A stretch of 64,000 nucleotides of DNA from Candidatus Pyrohabitans jungbluthii (GTDB lineage: Archaea; Hydrothermarchaeota; Hydrothermarchaeia; Hydrothermarchaeales; BMS3B): positions 32,001 through 96,000 of the forward strand of contig MTMD02000002.1 of NCBI GenBank assembly GCA_002010065.2. Direction: 5' to 3'. The first letter of the stretch is position 1, and the number at the start of each line of letters is the position of its first letter. Positions 20,037 through 30,342 of the stretch are shown here, in pieces. The notes beneath the pieces are model-generated. The model was not told the DNA's origin, searched no databases, and saw only the letters and a program-made list of their open reading frames with translations. The translations under genes and the position numbers were made by a program.

Positions 20037-20864
20037 CTATTGGAGAGAGGTGATATTTATTTTTTTCTTAAGAACCTCATCCATACTCCCCGGACGGTAC
20101 CCCTCAAGGTCAAGGGTAACGTAAGCAAAGCCCAGCCCCTTGAGATGGGCAACTATCTCCTCGCGCAGCTCAAGAGCCAGAAAAAGCTCCTCCTGCGGAA
20201 GCTCCACCCTCGCAAGCTCGCCATGCACGCGAACGCGCACATTGGTGAACCCCTGCTCAAAGAAGAAGCTTTCAGCCCTCTCCACCATCTCCAGCTTCTC
20301 CCGGGTAATGCGCTCCCCGTATGGTATCCTAGAAGCTAGGCAGGCCATCGCAGGCTTGTCCTTCACAGAAAGCCCGAGCAGTGCCGCAATTTCGCGCACG
20401 TCGCTCTTGTCGAAACCCAGCTCCAGCAGCGGGCTTCGCACCCCGTGCTCTTTAAGCGCCTTTAAGCCTGGGCGATGCTCGCGAGTATCGCCGAGATGAG
20501 CGCCGTCGACGATGACCGCATAGCCCTCGCGCTCGGCAATTTCCTTAAGCGCAAGCGCAAGGCGGGAGCGGCAGTAGTAGCACCTGTTTTCTGGGTTGGC
20601 AGCGAAGCGCTCATCCTCCAGCTCGTCTTCTTTAATAACCAGGTGGCGTATGCCTATCTCGCGGGCAACACGCTTGGCTTCTGAAAGCTCCCGCTTTGAG
20701 AGCGTGGAAGACTCTGCAGTCACCGCCAGCGCTCTATCTCCAAGCGCTCTGCGCGCCACCGCTGCTACCACGCTGCTATCCACTCCGCCTGAAAAGGCGA
20801 TTACCACGCTGCCATGCTGGCGAAACCACTCCACAAGCTTTTCAAGCTTCTCCTCGCTGCGCAT
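20037..20864 (-). CDS. larE: LarE-family ATP-dependent sacrificial sulfur transferase
   Basis: [10 protein letters not shown]-loop, [29 protein letters not shown]. Confidence 0.92.
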   Translation of the reverse strand: MRSEEKLEKLVEWFRQHGSVVIAFSGGVDSSVVAAVARRALGDRALAVTAESSTLSKRELSEAKRVAREIGIRHLVIKEDELEDERFAANPENRCYYCRSRLALALKEIAEREGYAVIVDGAHLGDTREHRPGLKALKEHGVRSPLLELGFDKSDVREIAALLGLSVKDKPAMACLASRIPYGERITREKLEMVERAESFFFEQGFTNVRVRVHGELARVELPQEELFLALELREEIVAHLKGLGFAYVTLDLEGYRPGSMDEVLKKKINITSLQ

Positions 20865-20925
20865 GGTATAAGCTCCAAGCTTCCCGTCGATTATTTTTCT
20901 AATGGGAAGCGTTGTTATTTAAGAG

Positions 20926-22026
20926 ATGCCAAGCATTGAGGAGAAGATACGCGAGCTTGAGGAGGAGATACGCCGCACCCCCTACAACAAGGCTACGCAA
21001 CACCACATAGGAAGGCTTAAAGCAAAGCTTGCGCGCCTTCGCGAGGAGGCGGAGCAGCGGGGCGCAGCTAAGGGGGGAGGGAGAGGCTACGCGGTGCGAA
21101 AGAGCGGCGATGCCACTGTTGCCCTCGTGGGCTTTCCCAGCGTGGGCAAGTCAACACTTCTCAACATGCTCACCAATGCGGAGAGCGAGGTTGGAAGCTA
21201 CGACTTCACAACCCTCGATGTCGTGCCTGGGGTGCTCGAGTACCGCGGGGCAAAGATTCAGATACTCGACGTTCCGGGCTTAATACGCGGCGCCTCTCGT
21301 GGCAGAGGGCGCGGGCGGGAGGTGCTCTCTGTTATAAGGAGCGCTGATTTAATTTTACTTCTCATAGACGTGTTCAACATTGAGCAGTACCGCATTCTTG
21401 TTAAGGAGCTTCACGACGCCGGCATTCGCCTTGACGCCACCCCACCCAAGGTGAAGATAACCAAGAAAGCGCAAGGTGGGATAAAGGTAAGCTCCACAGT
21501 GGAGCTAAAGAGCATTACCGAGGAGACAATAAAGGCGATACTCAGCGAGTACAGGATTCACAACGCAGACGTAGTGATACATGAAGATTTAGACGAAGAG
21601 CGCTTTATCGACGCTATCGCTGGCAACCGCGTTTACATCCCCTCCCTCGTGGTTCTGAACAAGATAGACCTCGTAGGCGATGGGTACCTGAAGGAGGTGG
21701 CTTCAAGGCTCGGGAGGGAGTTTGTGGCAATCTCCGCCGGCAAAGGCATAGGTATAGAGGAGCTAAAGGAGAGGATATACTCCAAGCTCGGGTTTATACG
21801 CGTGTACATGAAGCCCCAGCGGGGCGAGGCTGACCTGGAGGAGCCCCTAATTGTGAGGCGCGGCACCACCGTCGCTGAGGTTTGTCAAAAGCTCCACCGC
21901 GACTTCGTGGAGAGATTCAGGTACGCCCAAGTGTGGGGCAAGAGTGTACGCTTCCCGGGGCAGCGCGTGGGCTTGGAGCATGTGCTGGAGGATGAGGATA
22001 TATTAACCATAGTGGTGAGGAAGTAG
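20926..22026 (+). CDS. DRG/Rbg1-family GTPase with TGS domain
   Basis: NKATQHHIGRLKAK, GFPSVGKS, YDFTT, DVPG, NKID, GQRVGLEHVLEDED. Confidence 0.96.
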   Translation: MPSIEEKIRELEEEIRRTPYNKATQHHIGRLKAKLARLREEAEQRGAAKGGGRGYAVRKSGDATVALVGFPSVGKSTLLNMLTNAESEVGSYDFTTLDVVPGVLEYRGAKIQILDVPGLIRGASRGRGRGREVLSVIRSADLILLLIDVFNIEQYRILVKELHDAGIRLDATPPKVKITKKAQGGIKVSSTVELKSITEETIKAILSEYRIHNADVVIHEDLDEERFIDAIAGNRVYIPSLVVLNKIDLVGDGYLKEVASRLGREFVAISAGKGIGIEELKERIYSKLGFIRVYMKPQRGEADLEEPLIVRRGTTVAEVCQKLHRDFVERFRYAQVWGKSVRFPGQRVGLEHVLEDEDILTIVVRK

Positions 22027-22027
22027 T

Positions 22028-22678
22028 ATGCTCAGCGAGATATCTCAAAGCCTGCTTTCAAGCATAGACAACGCTTCCCTGGGCTTTTTCCTCTTTGCGA
22101 CGGTGGTTATCTCCCTCTCCGGTGTGCTTATGCCCGGCCCTGTGCTGGCGGTGAGTATAGCCAAGGGGCACGTAGATAAGTACGCAGGGGTTAAGGTATC
22201 CCTGGGGCATGCCCTGCTTGAGGTGCCCCTGATACTCCTCATCTACGCGGGTGTAGCCTCGGCGATTAAGGGCGCGCCGCTAAAGGTGCTCTCCATCGCC
22301 GGAGGCGCGCTGCTCTTCTACATGGGTATAGAGATGCTCCGCATGCGCAGAGAGGTGGCGCTTAGAGGGAGAGACCTGCCCTACGGCGCCACATTCGCAG
22401 GCTTTGCCACGAGCTTTGCAAACCCCTACTTCTACCTCTGGTGGCTCACCGCAGGCGCGCTGCTCGTAGCCAAAGCCTCGAGCTTTGGTTTCGCTGGCTT
22501 GGCGCTCTTCATAATTTTCCATGAAGCTTGCGATTTCGTGTGGTACTCCTTCGTCTCCCTTGCAACCCATGCTTCAAAGCAGCTCCTCAGCGCAAGGGTA
22601 CATGAGCTTGTTTTCACCCTTCTCGGAATAATGCTACTCTTCTTTGGGGCGTGGTTTTTCAGCGCTGGGCTTGGGTAG
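22028..22678 (+). CDS. LysE-family translocator
   Basis: SGVLMPGP, GHALLE, ANPYFYLWW. Confidence 0.9.
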   Translation: MLSEISQSLLSSIDNASLGFFLFATVVISLSGVLMPGPVLAVSIAKGHVDKYAGVKVSLGHALLEVPLILLIYAGVASAIKGAPLKVLSIAGGALLFYMGIEMLRMRREVALRGRDLPYGATFAGFATSFANPYFYLWWLTAGALLVAKASSFGFAGLALFIIFHEACDFVWYSFVSLATHASKQLLSARVHELVFTLLGIMLLFFGAWFFSAGLG

Positions 22679-23660
22679 CGCTGAGAAGTGCTCTCAGATT
22701 CTCCACCGGCGCCGTTGGAGGCACGTCGCAACCAGGAGAGAGCACAAAGCCTGAGGTATCCCCAATAGCATTAAGCAGTGCCTTCGCCTCGCGCGCCACC
22801 TGCGCTGGGCTCGCCTTAAGAAGCAGCATGGGGTCTATGTTGCCCGCCACGCAGGCTACGCTAGCGATCTCGCGCTTTACCAGCGGAAGGTTAACCTCCT
22901 GCCCCAAGCTTAGGCAGCTCGGCTTTATGGCAGCGATGTCCCTAACCCTGTCTTCGGTGCTCCCGCAGTGGTGCAGGTAAATCACAACGCCGCGCTTTTT
23001 AAAGTGCTCCACCAGGTGAGAGAGGTAGGGCAGGGCAAAGGTTAAGAAATGCTCTCGCGATATGAGGTTGCCCGACGCCGAGGGTTCAGCGAGGCTCACG
23101 GCTTCTAAACCAAGGTCGAGAAAGGGCGAGTAAAACTCCTCTATGGCGAGGGTGGCTAGCTCCAGCGCCTGCTTCGCAGCCCTGGGGTTCATATACAGGT
23201 CTGTCATTAGCTTTTCCACGCCGACGAGGTTCGCGGCGAGGGTGAAGGGGCCCCAGCTCGTAACAGCCACTAGGTAGCGGTCACCAATCTCCTCATTCAC
23301 AACCTCAAACCCCTGCCTCAGCGTGGCAATTTCCTTAAGCTCGTTTACCTTACCGACTAGCTCCTTCTCCGGCTCAATATGAGTGAGCACCTGCAGCGAT
23401 GTCTGCTCCATCCTCACCTCGCATCCAAGGGCGGCGCACAGGAGGTTGTTCAAGCCCGAGCCCACAAAAACCATGTCGCTTTCAACGGCACGCTGCATTC
23501 CAAGCACAGCCTCAGCGTAGTCATCCCCGCTCCTCAGAAGCTCGCGAAAGCTCTTTCCCGCTCGCCTAGCTGCCCAGAAGCCACCCCCAAATATCAGCGC
23601 CGGCACGCGCGCTGACGCTGAGAGGGAAAAAGCTGAGAGGAGCAGGTCCTTAGGTCGCAT
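22659..23660 (-). CDS. MtaA/CmuA-like methylcobamide methyltransferase (UroD superfamily)
   Basis: GPFTLAANLVG, AEPSASG, Zn-ligand HHCG and PGCD, GNIDP. Confidence 0.8.
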   Translation of the reverse strand: MRPKDLLLSAFSLSASARVPALIFGGGFWAARRAGKSFRELLRSGDDYAEAVLGMQRAVESDMVFVGSGLNNLLCAALGCEVRMEQTSLQVLTHIEPEKELVGKVNELKEIATLRQGFEVVNEEIGDRYLVAVTSWGPFTLAANLVGVEKLMTDLYMNPRAAKQALELATLAIEEFYSPFLDLGLEAVSLAEPSASGNLISREHFLTFALPYLSHLVEHFKKRGVVIYLHHCGSTEDRVRDIAAIKPSCLSLGQEVNLPLVKREIASVACVAGNIDPMLLLKASPAQVAREAKALLNAIGDTSGFVLSPGCDVPPTAPVENLRALLSATQAQR

Positions 23661-23747
23661 GGTGCTAACCTAGAAGGTTAGTTTCTAAAAATAATTTCAT
23701 AATCTTTTACACCGACAACCTTCCACAGATTGAAAAAATGGCGAGGG

Positions 23748-24683
23748 ATGATAATGGAAAAGAACAACGAGTGCAACACCTGTTCCACAGACAGTGCGGG
23801 AGAGGCATGCTCCGCATGCAGCGCTGGTGGCGATAACAAGGCTGCTGTTGACCCAACCTTCGCAGCCGTAAAGGCGCGCATGAAGAATGTGAAGCACAAG
23901 ATTGCGATAATGAGCGGCAAGGGTGGTGTGGGCAAGACCACGGTGAGCGTGAACCTTGCCCTTGCGCTTGCGAACAAAGGTTACAAGGTGGGACTTTTAG
24001 ACGCCGACGTAACCGCGCCCAACGTGGCGAAGATGCTGGGCATTTCCAACCCGGAGCTCTTTGCAACGCCAGCCGGGCTATTCCCTCCTGAAGCCAAGGG
24101 GGTAAAGGTAATCTCCATGGCATTCCTGGTTGATGATAACCAGGCCATAATCTGGCGTGGCCCTGTGATAATGGGTGTAATTGAGCAGTTCCTTAGCGAC
24201 ATCGTTTGGGGGGAGCTGGACTACCTGCTCATAGACCTCCCTCCGGGCACCGGCGATGAAGCACTGAGCGTTATGCAGCTTATTCCTGATCTAGACGGGA
24301 TAATCACAGTCACAACGCCACAGGAGGTGGCAGTGCTCGACACGAGGCGGAGCATAGACATGGCAAAGGTAATGCGCGTGCCTGTGATTGGCGTGATTGA
24401 GAACATGAGCGGCTTCGTTTGTCCGCACTGCGGCGAGGTTACGCAGATATTCAGGAGCGGGGGCGGTGAGAAGGTTGCGAAGGAGCTGGGCGTTCCCCTC
24501 TTGGGAAGTATCCCCCTCGACTCGAGGATAGCTGAGGCGGGGGACTCTGGTGAGCCCTTCATCGCAAGCAACGAGGGACCTGCTAAAGAAGCTTTTGAGG
24601 CGATTGTGGCGAAGATAGAGGAGATAGTTAAGAAGCGCGCCGAAGAAAAAGAGCGGGAGCTTTCCTCGCTTTTTAAGGAGTGA
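23748..24683 (+). CDS. Mrp/NBP35 (ApbC) Fe-S carrier ATPase
   Basis: SGKGGVGKTT, WRGP, DLPPGTGD, VTTPQ, ENMSGFVCPHC; Cys-rich N-terminus. Confidence 0.96.
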   Translation: MIMEKNNECNTCSTDSAGEACSACSAGGDNKAAVDPTFAAVKARMKNVKHKIAIMSGKGGVGKTTVSVNLALALANKGYKVGLLDADVTAPNVAKMLGISNPELFATPAGLFPPEAKGVKVISMAFLVDDNQAIIWRGPVIMGVIEQFLSDIVWGELDYLLIDLPPGTGDEALSVMQLIPDLDGIITVTTPQEVAVLDTRRSIDMAKVMRVPVIGVIENMSGFVCPHCGEVTQIFRSGGGEKVAKELGVPLLGSIPLDSRIAEAGDSGEPFIASNEGPAKEAFEAIVAKIEEIVKKRAEEKERELSSLFKE

Positions 24684-24699
24684 GCAAGCTGAGCAAGCG

Positions 24700-25737
24700 C
24701 TACCTGGCGCTCAGCTCCTTTACCATCCTCACCAGCGCGACCACCTTCTCTTCGGGCGTATCCTTGTGCACCCCATGCCCCAGGTTGAATATGTGACCTG
24801 GTCGTGACTCAGCCTTCGCAAGGATGTCGCGCACCCTGCGCTCTATCTCCTCGAGGGGTGCGAAGAGCGCCATGGGGTCTAGGTTACCCTGTATCGCGAC
24901 GTCGTAACCCACGCGCCTCCAAGCTTCGTCGAGGGGTATGCGCCAGTCCACGCCTATAACGTCGCCTCCCGCGGCTCGCACCTTCTCCAGAAATGTGGCT
25001 GCCTGATTGGCGAAGTGAATCACAGGCACTTCGCCCCGCGCATCTAAGCTTGCGAAGATTCGCTGCATGTGGGGCAGAACGTAGCGCTCATAATCCTCCG
25101 GCGCAAGACACCCCACCCAGGAGTCGAATATCTGCAGCGCCTGCGCACCCGCGTGAATCTGAGCATTGAGGTAGTCAATCACAGCATCGGCTATCTTCTC
25201 CATTAGCGCGTGGAAGGTCTCGGGCTGGGAGAACATCATCTCCTTGGTGAAGCGAAAACTTCGCGAACCCTGTCCCTCGATTATGTAGCTCGCCAGCGTG
25301 AAGGGCGCACCCGAGAAGCCTATCAGCGGCACCCTCCCGCGGAGCTTCTCCCTTGCTAGCTTAATCGCCTCCATCACGTAGCCAAGCTCTTTTTCTGCAT
25401 CTGGAACCCGCAGCTTCTCCACACCCTCGAGGCTTCTCACCGGCTCGTGCAAACGTGGTCCCAAGCCCTCGTGAAACTCAAGCTTCATACCCATAGCCTC
25501 AACCAGAACCAAAATGTCGCTGAAGAGTATCGCCGCATCCACGCCAAGCCTCTCCACCGGCTGAAGCGTCACCTGCACCGCAAGCTTCGGATTCTTGCAC
25601 ATCTCTAAGAAAGAGTGCTCTGCCCTCACCTTCTGGTAAGCTGCCATATAGCGCCCCGCCTGGCGCATCAGCCACACCGGGGTGCGCTCCACCTCTTCGC
25701 GACGACATGCGCGCAGAAAAAGGTACTCCTCGCTCAC
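24700..25737 (-). CDS. hemE: Uroporphyrinogen decarboxylase
   Basis: PVWLMRQAGRY, DAAILFSDIL, GFSGAPFTLASY, QIFDSW, QGNLDP, HIFNLGHG. Confidence 0.96.
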   Translation of the reverse strand: MSEEYLFLRACRREEVERTPVWLMRQAGRYMAAYQKVRAEHSFLEMCKNPKLAVQVTLQPVERLGVDAAILFSDILVLVEAMGMKLEFHEGLGPRLHEPVRSLEGVEKLRVPDAEKELGYVMEAIKLAREKLRGRVPLIGFSGAPFTLASYIIEGQGSRSFRFTKEMMFSQPETFHALMEKIADAVIDYLNAQIHAGAQALQIFDSWVGCLAPEDYERYVLPHMQRIFASLDARGEVPVIHFANQAATFLEKVRAAGGDVIGVDWRIPLDEAWRRVGYDVAIQGNLDPMALFAPLEEIERRVRDILAKAESRPGHIFNLGHGVHKDTPEEKVVALVRMVKELSAR

Positions 25738-25929
25738 AGCTAGCCTCCTGAATAGGGAGTTAAGAGAGGGAGGATTTAAAATTTTCCATTGGCAAAAGGG
25801 TAATGAGACACCTCATAAAAATTAACTCTCTTTTGAGTTATAAAAACTTATAGAGAGTCATAAAAGAAATGTGGTATCCCATCACCATCGCAATAAGTTT
25901 TATATTCCGCCCCATCCCATATTTAAATA

Positions 25930-26115
25930 ATGAAAACTCTGCTCACCGACGAAGATGCCCAAGTAAGCTTGGAATTCATCCTCCTTGCGGGAGGGATTAT
26001 TGTAGGCGCTCTCACAATATTCACTCTTCGCGACTCCCTTAAGAATTTCGCCCAGGTAATAAGCGACTGGGTTGAGGCGGAGAGGAACCTCACTATAGCC
26101 AAGGTGACCAGGTAG
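25930..26115 (+). CDS. Class III signal peptide protein (pilin-like)
   Basis: AQVSLEFILL prepilin cleavage motif followed by hydrophobic helix. Confidence 0.85.
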   Translation: MKTLLTDEDAQVSLEFILLAGGIIVGALTIFTLRDSLKNFAQVISDWVEAERNLTIAKVTR

Positions 26116-26116
26116 C

Positions 26117-27019
26117 TTACTCCTTCTTTGAAAAATGCATCCTGCGGTGATGCTCGTCGAAGGGCTCCACGTGCACAAGTGCTGAAGCAACTTCTGGCAT
26201 GTTCTCGGTTATCTTCACCTGAACCTCATGGGCTATCTCATGAGCCTTTTTAAGGGGTATATTCTCATCCACGCACACGTGGAGGTCCACCTTGTTATAT
26301 GCACCCATCGCGTGCACTCTTACGCGGTGCACATCAATGACGCCCTCCACCTCCCTGGTTAGCCTTTTAATCTCCTCCACCATCTCCGGCGAGGGCACTG
26401 TACCCATAAGGCGCTGGATGTTCCTCCAGCTTATGTCCACCGCAACCTTGAAGATGAGCAGGGTAATGCCGAGAGCAACGAGAGGGTCGAGGGCATAGAG
26501 GCCCAACCTGCTCGCTCCAATGCCTGCGAGAATCGCTAGGGAGGTATAGATGTCCACTCTGAAGTTGGCTGCACTTGCTGCAAGGGCAGGGCTATTGATT
26601 TTTTCCGCAACTTTCTTGGTGTAGCCCGCGAGAAACGCCTTTCCCATAAGGTTAACACCAACTGCAAGCAGGGCAACGAGCTTCACCTGCTCAGGTGCAT
26701 GGAAAAGGCGCACAACCGCGTGTTTTGCAAACTCATACGCGAGCAGGGCAAGCATGAGAGAGACGATTAGCCCGGCTATAGCCTCGGCATCGTAGTGACC
26801 GTAAGGATGGCTTTCGTCCGCAGGCTTATAGCTTATCTTAATCCCTATCCAGGTGATCAGGGAGGAGAGCACATCAGAAAAGGAGTCAAGGGCATCTGCC
26901 ACAAGTGCCATGCTCCCTGAATACACTCCCGCCACGAACTTCATCGCCGCAAGAGAGAGGTTTCCAAAGATTCCAACCAGCGAAGCTCTCTCACCAGCCT
27001 TGTACCTCTCCACATCCAT
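26117..27019 (-). CDS. Cation diffusion facilitator (FieF-like)
   Basis: DSFSD, PADESHPYGH, HEIAH, VHVEP. Confidence 0.95.
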   Translation of the reverse strand: MDVERYKAGERASLVGIFGNLSLAAMKFVAGVYSGSMALVADALDSFSDVLSSLITWIGIKISYKPADESHPYGHYDAEAIAGLIVSLMLALLAYEFAKHAVVRLFHAPEQVKLVALLAVGVNLMGKAFLAGYTKKVAEKINSPALAASAANFRVDIYTSLAILAGIGASRLGLYALDPLVALGITLLIFKVAVDISWRNIQRLMGTVPSPEMVEEIKRLTREVEGVIDVHRVRVHAMGAYNKVDLHVCVDENIPLKKAHEIAHEVQVKITENMPEVASALVHVEPFDEHHRRMHFSKKE

Positions 27020-27070
27020 GTTCAGCGCTCCCTACTGTTTTATAGTACTCCCGCGTATATATTAATCAGG

Positions 27071-28711
27071 ATGTTCAAACCTGCGCGTATGCTTAAACTT
27101 TTCTGCATAATCCATGAATCCACCCTTGAGCAGGTGGTGGAGCAGCTTCAGCATTTAGCTTGTGTGCAGTTCTTCAATGTGAGGGAGCACTTCCGCTTTC
27201 TAAAGCCAGTTGATACCAGAAAGAAGGAGATTCTCGCCCTCGAGGAGAGAATTTCCGTGTTGCTCGCTGATTTAAAGTCTGAGGCAAGGGCAAGCTTTCT
27301 TGAGAGGCTCATTGGCCCAAAGGTTGTGCCCGTGGAGATAATTGAGAGGGGGGAGAGTTTCGATAAGATAGAGAGGGAAGTAGAGGAGGTTGAGAGAGCC
27401 TACCTTGCCTTCTGTGAGAAACTCTCTGAGATTCACCGCGAGCTAAAAGAGGTGGAGGAGGAGATAAGCAGGGTAAAGAGGGAGGCGATTGACATAGAGG
27501 CGCTGCCAGAGGACAGTGATCTAAAGAGGAGGTACGAAGAGCTTGGGCAGGAGAGGGAGGCAAAGGAGAGGCGCTTGCACGAGGCTGAGGCTGAGCTTAC
27601 CCTCTTTAAAAAGAAGAGCTACTCGCATCTTCTCGCCCTGAAGGAGAGGCTAAAGAACATCAAGATTAGAGTAGAGGCTCTGGAAAAATTCGGACGCTCG
27701 CGCAGCATCATCATCTTTGCTGGCTGGGTACCTGAAAAACACAGGGAGCGCGTACGTAGCGCCATTGAAGAAGCTGCCAGAGGTCTTGCAATTCTGGAGT
27801 TCTATCCTCCTGGTAAAGATGAATCACCGCCCATCCTCCTGGAAAACCCGCGGATTATAAAACCTTACGAGGTGCTGACCACCACCTATGGTTTGCCGGA
27901 GTACAACGGCATAGATCCCACACCTATCCTCGCGATAACTTTCACTGCGATGTTTGGAATGATGTTTGCTGATGTTGGCTACGGGTTAGCGCTTAGCCTT
28001 CTCGGCCTCATCCTCTACTTTCTCACCACCCACCGTGAAAGGGTGCTGAAGGACATAAATCTCATAGTTTTTTACGCTGGCACCGCTTCTGTATTTTTCG
28101 GCCTGCTTGCAGGCGAGTTTTTCGGCGGACTTCTGGAAATTAAGCCCCTCCTTGGTAGCTACATGCAGAACATCCAACTTTTGCTTGCGCTCTCCTTCCT
28201 CCTAGGCATTACTCACATCTCCATAAGTCTCCTTTCGAGAGTGGTATCCCTGAGGGGTGTGAGCTACCCCCTTTCGCTGCTCTTTATCCTCTGGGGCTCA
28301 GTGGTTTACCTGGCACTACCCCAGTTCAAGGCTCCCTCTTCATTAATCCTCATCGCAGGCATCGCCCTGCTCGCAAGAGATAAGGGCTTGGAGGCAATAG
28401 AAGAGCTCATCGCCCTTACGGCTAACATAATATCATACGCAAGAGTCGGTGCACTGGCGGTGATTCACGTTACCATGGCGAGGCTCCTGATGGGGGTGGT
28501 AGAAAGCATACAGGATGGAGTGGTTGGGGTAATCATCGCCACCTTCCTTTTCGCTCTTGGCGCTGCCTTTATCCTCGCTTCAAGCACATTCATAGTCTTC
28601 ATCCAATCGCTGCGCCTTCACTGGCTGGAGTTCTTCCGCAGATTCTACTCTGGGAAGGGGGAAATGTTTAAGCCCTTTGCCTATATACATGAATATATAT
28701 ACCTCCTGTGA
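27071..28711 (+). CDS. A/V-type ATP synthase subunit I homolog (stand-alone)
   Basis: GWVP, PPILLENP, YGLPEYNGIDPT, FGMMFADVGYG, SYARVGAL, LRLHWLEFF. Confidence 0.9.
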   Translation: MFKPARMLKLFCIIHESTLEQVVEQLQHLACVQFFNVREHFRFLKPVDTRKKEILALEERISVLLADLKSEARASFLERLIGPKVVPVEIIERGESFDKIEREVEEVERAYLAFCEKLSEIHRELKEVEEEISRVKREAIDIEALPEDSDLKRRYEELGQEREAKERRLHEAEAELTLFKKKSYSHLLALKERLKNIKIRVEALEKFGRSRSIIIFAGWVPEKHRERVRSAIEEAARGLAILEFYPPGKDESPPILLENPRIIKPYEVLTTTYGLPEYNGIDPTPILAITFTAMFGMMFADVGYGLALSLLGLILYFLTTHRERVLKDINLIVFYAGTASVFFGLLAGEFFGGLLEIKPLLGSYMQNIQLLLALSFLLGITHISISLLSRVVSLRGVSYPLSLLFILWGSVVYLALPQFKAPSSLILIAGIALLARDKGLEAIEELIALTANIISYARVGALAVIHVTMARLLMGVVESIQDGVVGVIIATFLFALGAAFILASSTFIVFIQSLRLHWLEFFRRFYSGKGEMFKPFAYIHEYIYLL

Positions 28712-28720
28712 GGCTTTGCA

Positions 28721-29137
28721 ATGATATCCAGGATACTCCTCGCCACGGACGGCTCCGCCTTTTCAGAGCTTGCCGGAGAGTATGCCCTGTACTTAGCTGA
28801 GAAGCTTGGGGCAAGGTTGACGGCGCTCCACGTTTTAAAACTCGAGCCTCCAAAGAGGCTCTCGCCAGAGGAAGTGGACGCTGAGAAGGCTAGGGCAGTT
28901 AAAACGATTTTTCATAGCCTTGAGAAGGCTGCCGCTGAGAGGGGTATGGAACTGGAAACAAAGGTGCTCATCTCACGCGATGTTGGTGGGGCAATCGTTG
29001 AGGAGGCAAGGCTCGGGAAGTATGAGCTGGTGGTGATAGGAAGTCTCGGCAAAACTGGCTTAAAGAAACTCCTCATGGGCAGCGTCTCTGAGCAGGTGGT
29101 TAAGCACGCACCATGCCCCGTGCTTGTCGTGAGATAG
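28721..29137 (+). CDS. Universal stress protein
   Basis: ILLATDGS, GSLGKTG..LLMGSVSEQVVKHAPCPVLVVR. Confidence 0.96.
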   Translation: MISRILLATDGSAFSELAGEYALYLAEKLGARLTALHVLKLEPPKRLSPEEVDAEKARAVKTIFHSLEKAAAERGMELETKVLISRDVGGAIVEEARLGKYELVVIGSLGKTGLKKLLMGSVSEQVVKHAPCPVLVVR

Positions 29138-29279
29138 CTAAAAAACTGAAATAAACAAAATTCTTGCGTTTATTGCGGAATAACATACATTTCGTGGGTT
29201 TTATCTATCGCATATAAACGATTTTTAAGGATATTTTAAATCCCCCTATGCCCAAATGTAAACCATGGAGGTGAGCAGA

Positions 29280-30332
29280 ATGAAAAGGTTGGTAATGCTC
29301 TGGATGGTAATCATGTTTTTGATGCCGACCAGTGCTCTCGCACAGGAAACTGGCACAGGCGATACAGCAAACGACACAGTGAGCGAGGAAGAGGCCGGCA
29401 TAGCCCCTGACTCCTTCCTGTACCTATTCGACAGGCTATTTGAGAAGCTTGAGCTTGCCCTCGCCTTGAGCGAGGAGGCAAAGATAAAGGTACGCCTGAA
29501 GCATGCAGAGGAGAGGCTGGCAGAGATTAAGCTGATGCAGAAGAAGAACAAGACCAAGGTCATAGTAAAGCTGAGCAATGAATACCAGAAGGAGATTGAA
29601 GAGGTGGAAAAGGAAATTGAGGAGGCAGAGAAAAAGGGCAAGAATGTAACGGAGATCAAGGTAAAAGCCGTCGAGGCTACGGCAAAGCATCTCGAGGTTC
29701 TGCAGTGGGTTTATCAGCTTGTGCCTCCTGAGGCGAAGCCCGCGATTGAGCACGCGCTCAACGTTTCGCGGAGGGGACATGAGAAGATAAAGATGAAGTT
29801 CGAGACCAACGCCGGCGAGCTGGAGATAAAGGTGGGCAAGAAGGGCGTGAAGATAGAGCTTGAGTCCAAGATTCCAAAAGAGGAGCGCGCAAAAGCAGGG
29901 AAGCAGAAGGATGGACATGGTGAAGAGGGCAAGATAAAGGCGGAGGTCAAGGGCAGCGTAACCGAGGTTGAGGTGGAGCTCGCCGACGAGGAGTACAAGC
30001 TAACACTGAACACAACGCAGAGAGATGAGATAGTGGAAGAGATAGCAAACATCACAGGGTTAACGCCAAACGAAGTGGAGCAGCTTCTGGAGCTTAAAGT
30101 GGAAAAGGAAGAGCATAAACCAAAGACCAAGATGAAGACAGAAGTCGAGGTTGAAGAGGAAGAGTCTGAGACGAAGGTGGAAATAGAAGTGAAGAAGGAA
30201 GAGAGCGAGGAGAAGTCTGAGGTGAAGGTAGAGATCGAGGAAGAAGAGGAAGAGCACAGGGAGAAGCCCAAGGCGGAAGTAGAAATTGAGATAGAGGGTG
30301 CCGGAAGTACCAGAAGAGGCTGGGGCAGGTAA
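29280..30332 (+). CDS. Secreted DUF5667-like protein with acidic repetitive C-terminus
   Basis: Signal peptide ending ALA-Q, AGIAPDSFLY, AEERLAE, HLEVL; GGAGGTG before ATG 29280. Confidence 0.8.
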   Translation: MKRLVMLWMVIMFLMPTSALAQETGTGDTANDTVSEEEAGIAPDSFLYLFDRLFEKLELALALSEEAKIKVRLKHAEERLAEIKLMQKKNKTKVIVKLSNEYQKEIEEVEKEIEEAEKKGKNVTEIKVKAVEATAKHLEVLQWVYQLVPPEAKPAIEHALNVSRRGHEKIKMKFETNAGELEIKVGKKGVKIELESKIPKEERAKAGKQKDGHGEEGKIKAEVKGSVTEVEVELADEEYKLTLNTTQRDEIVEEIANITGLTPNEVEQLLELKVEKEEHKPKTKMKTEVEVEEEESETKVEIEVKKEESEEKSEVKVEIEEEEEEHREKPKAEVEIEIEGAGSTRRGWGR

Positions 30333-30342
30333 TTTCCCGAAC

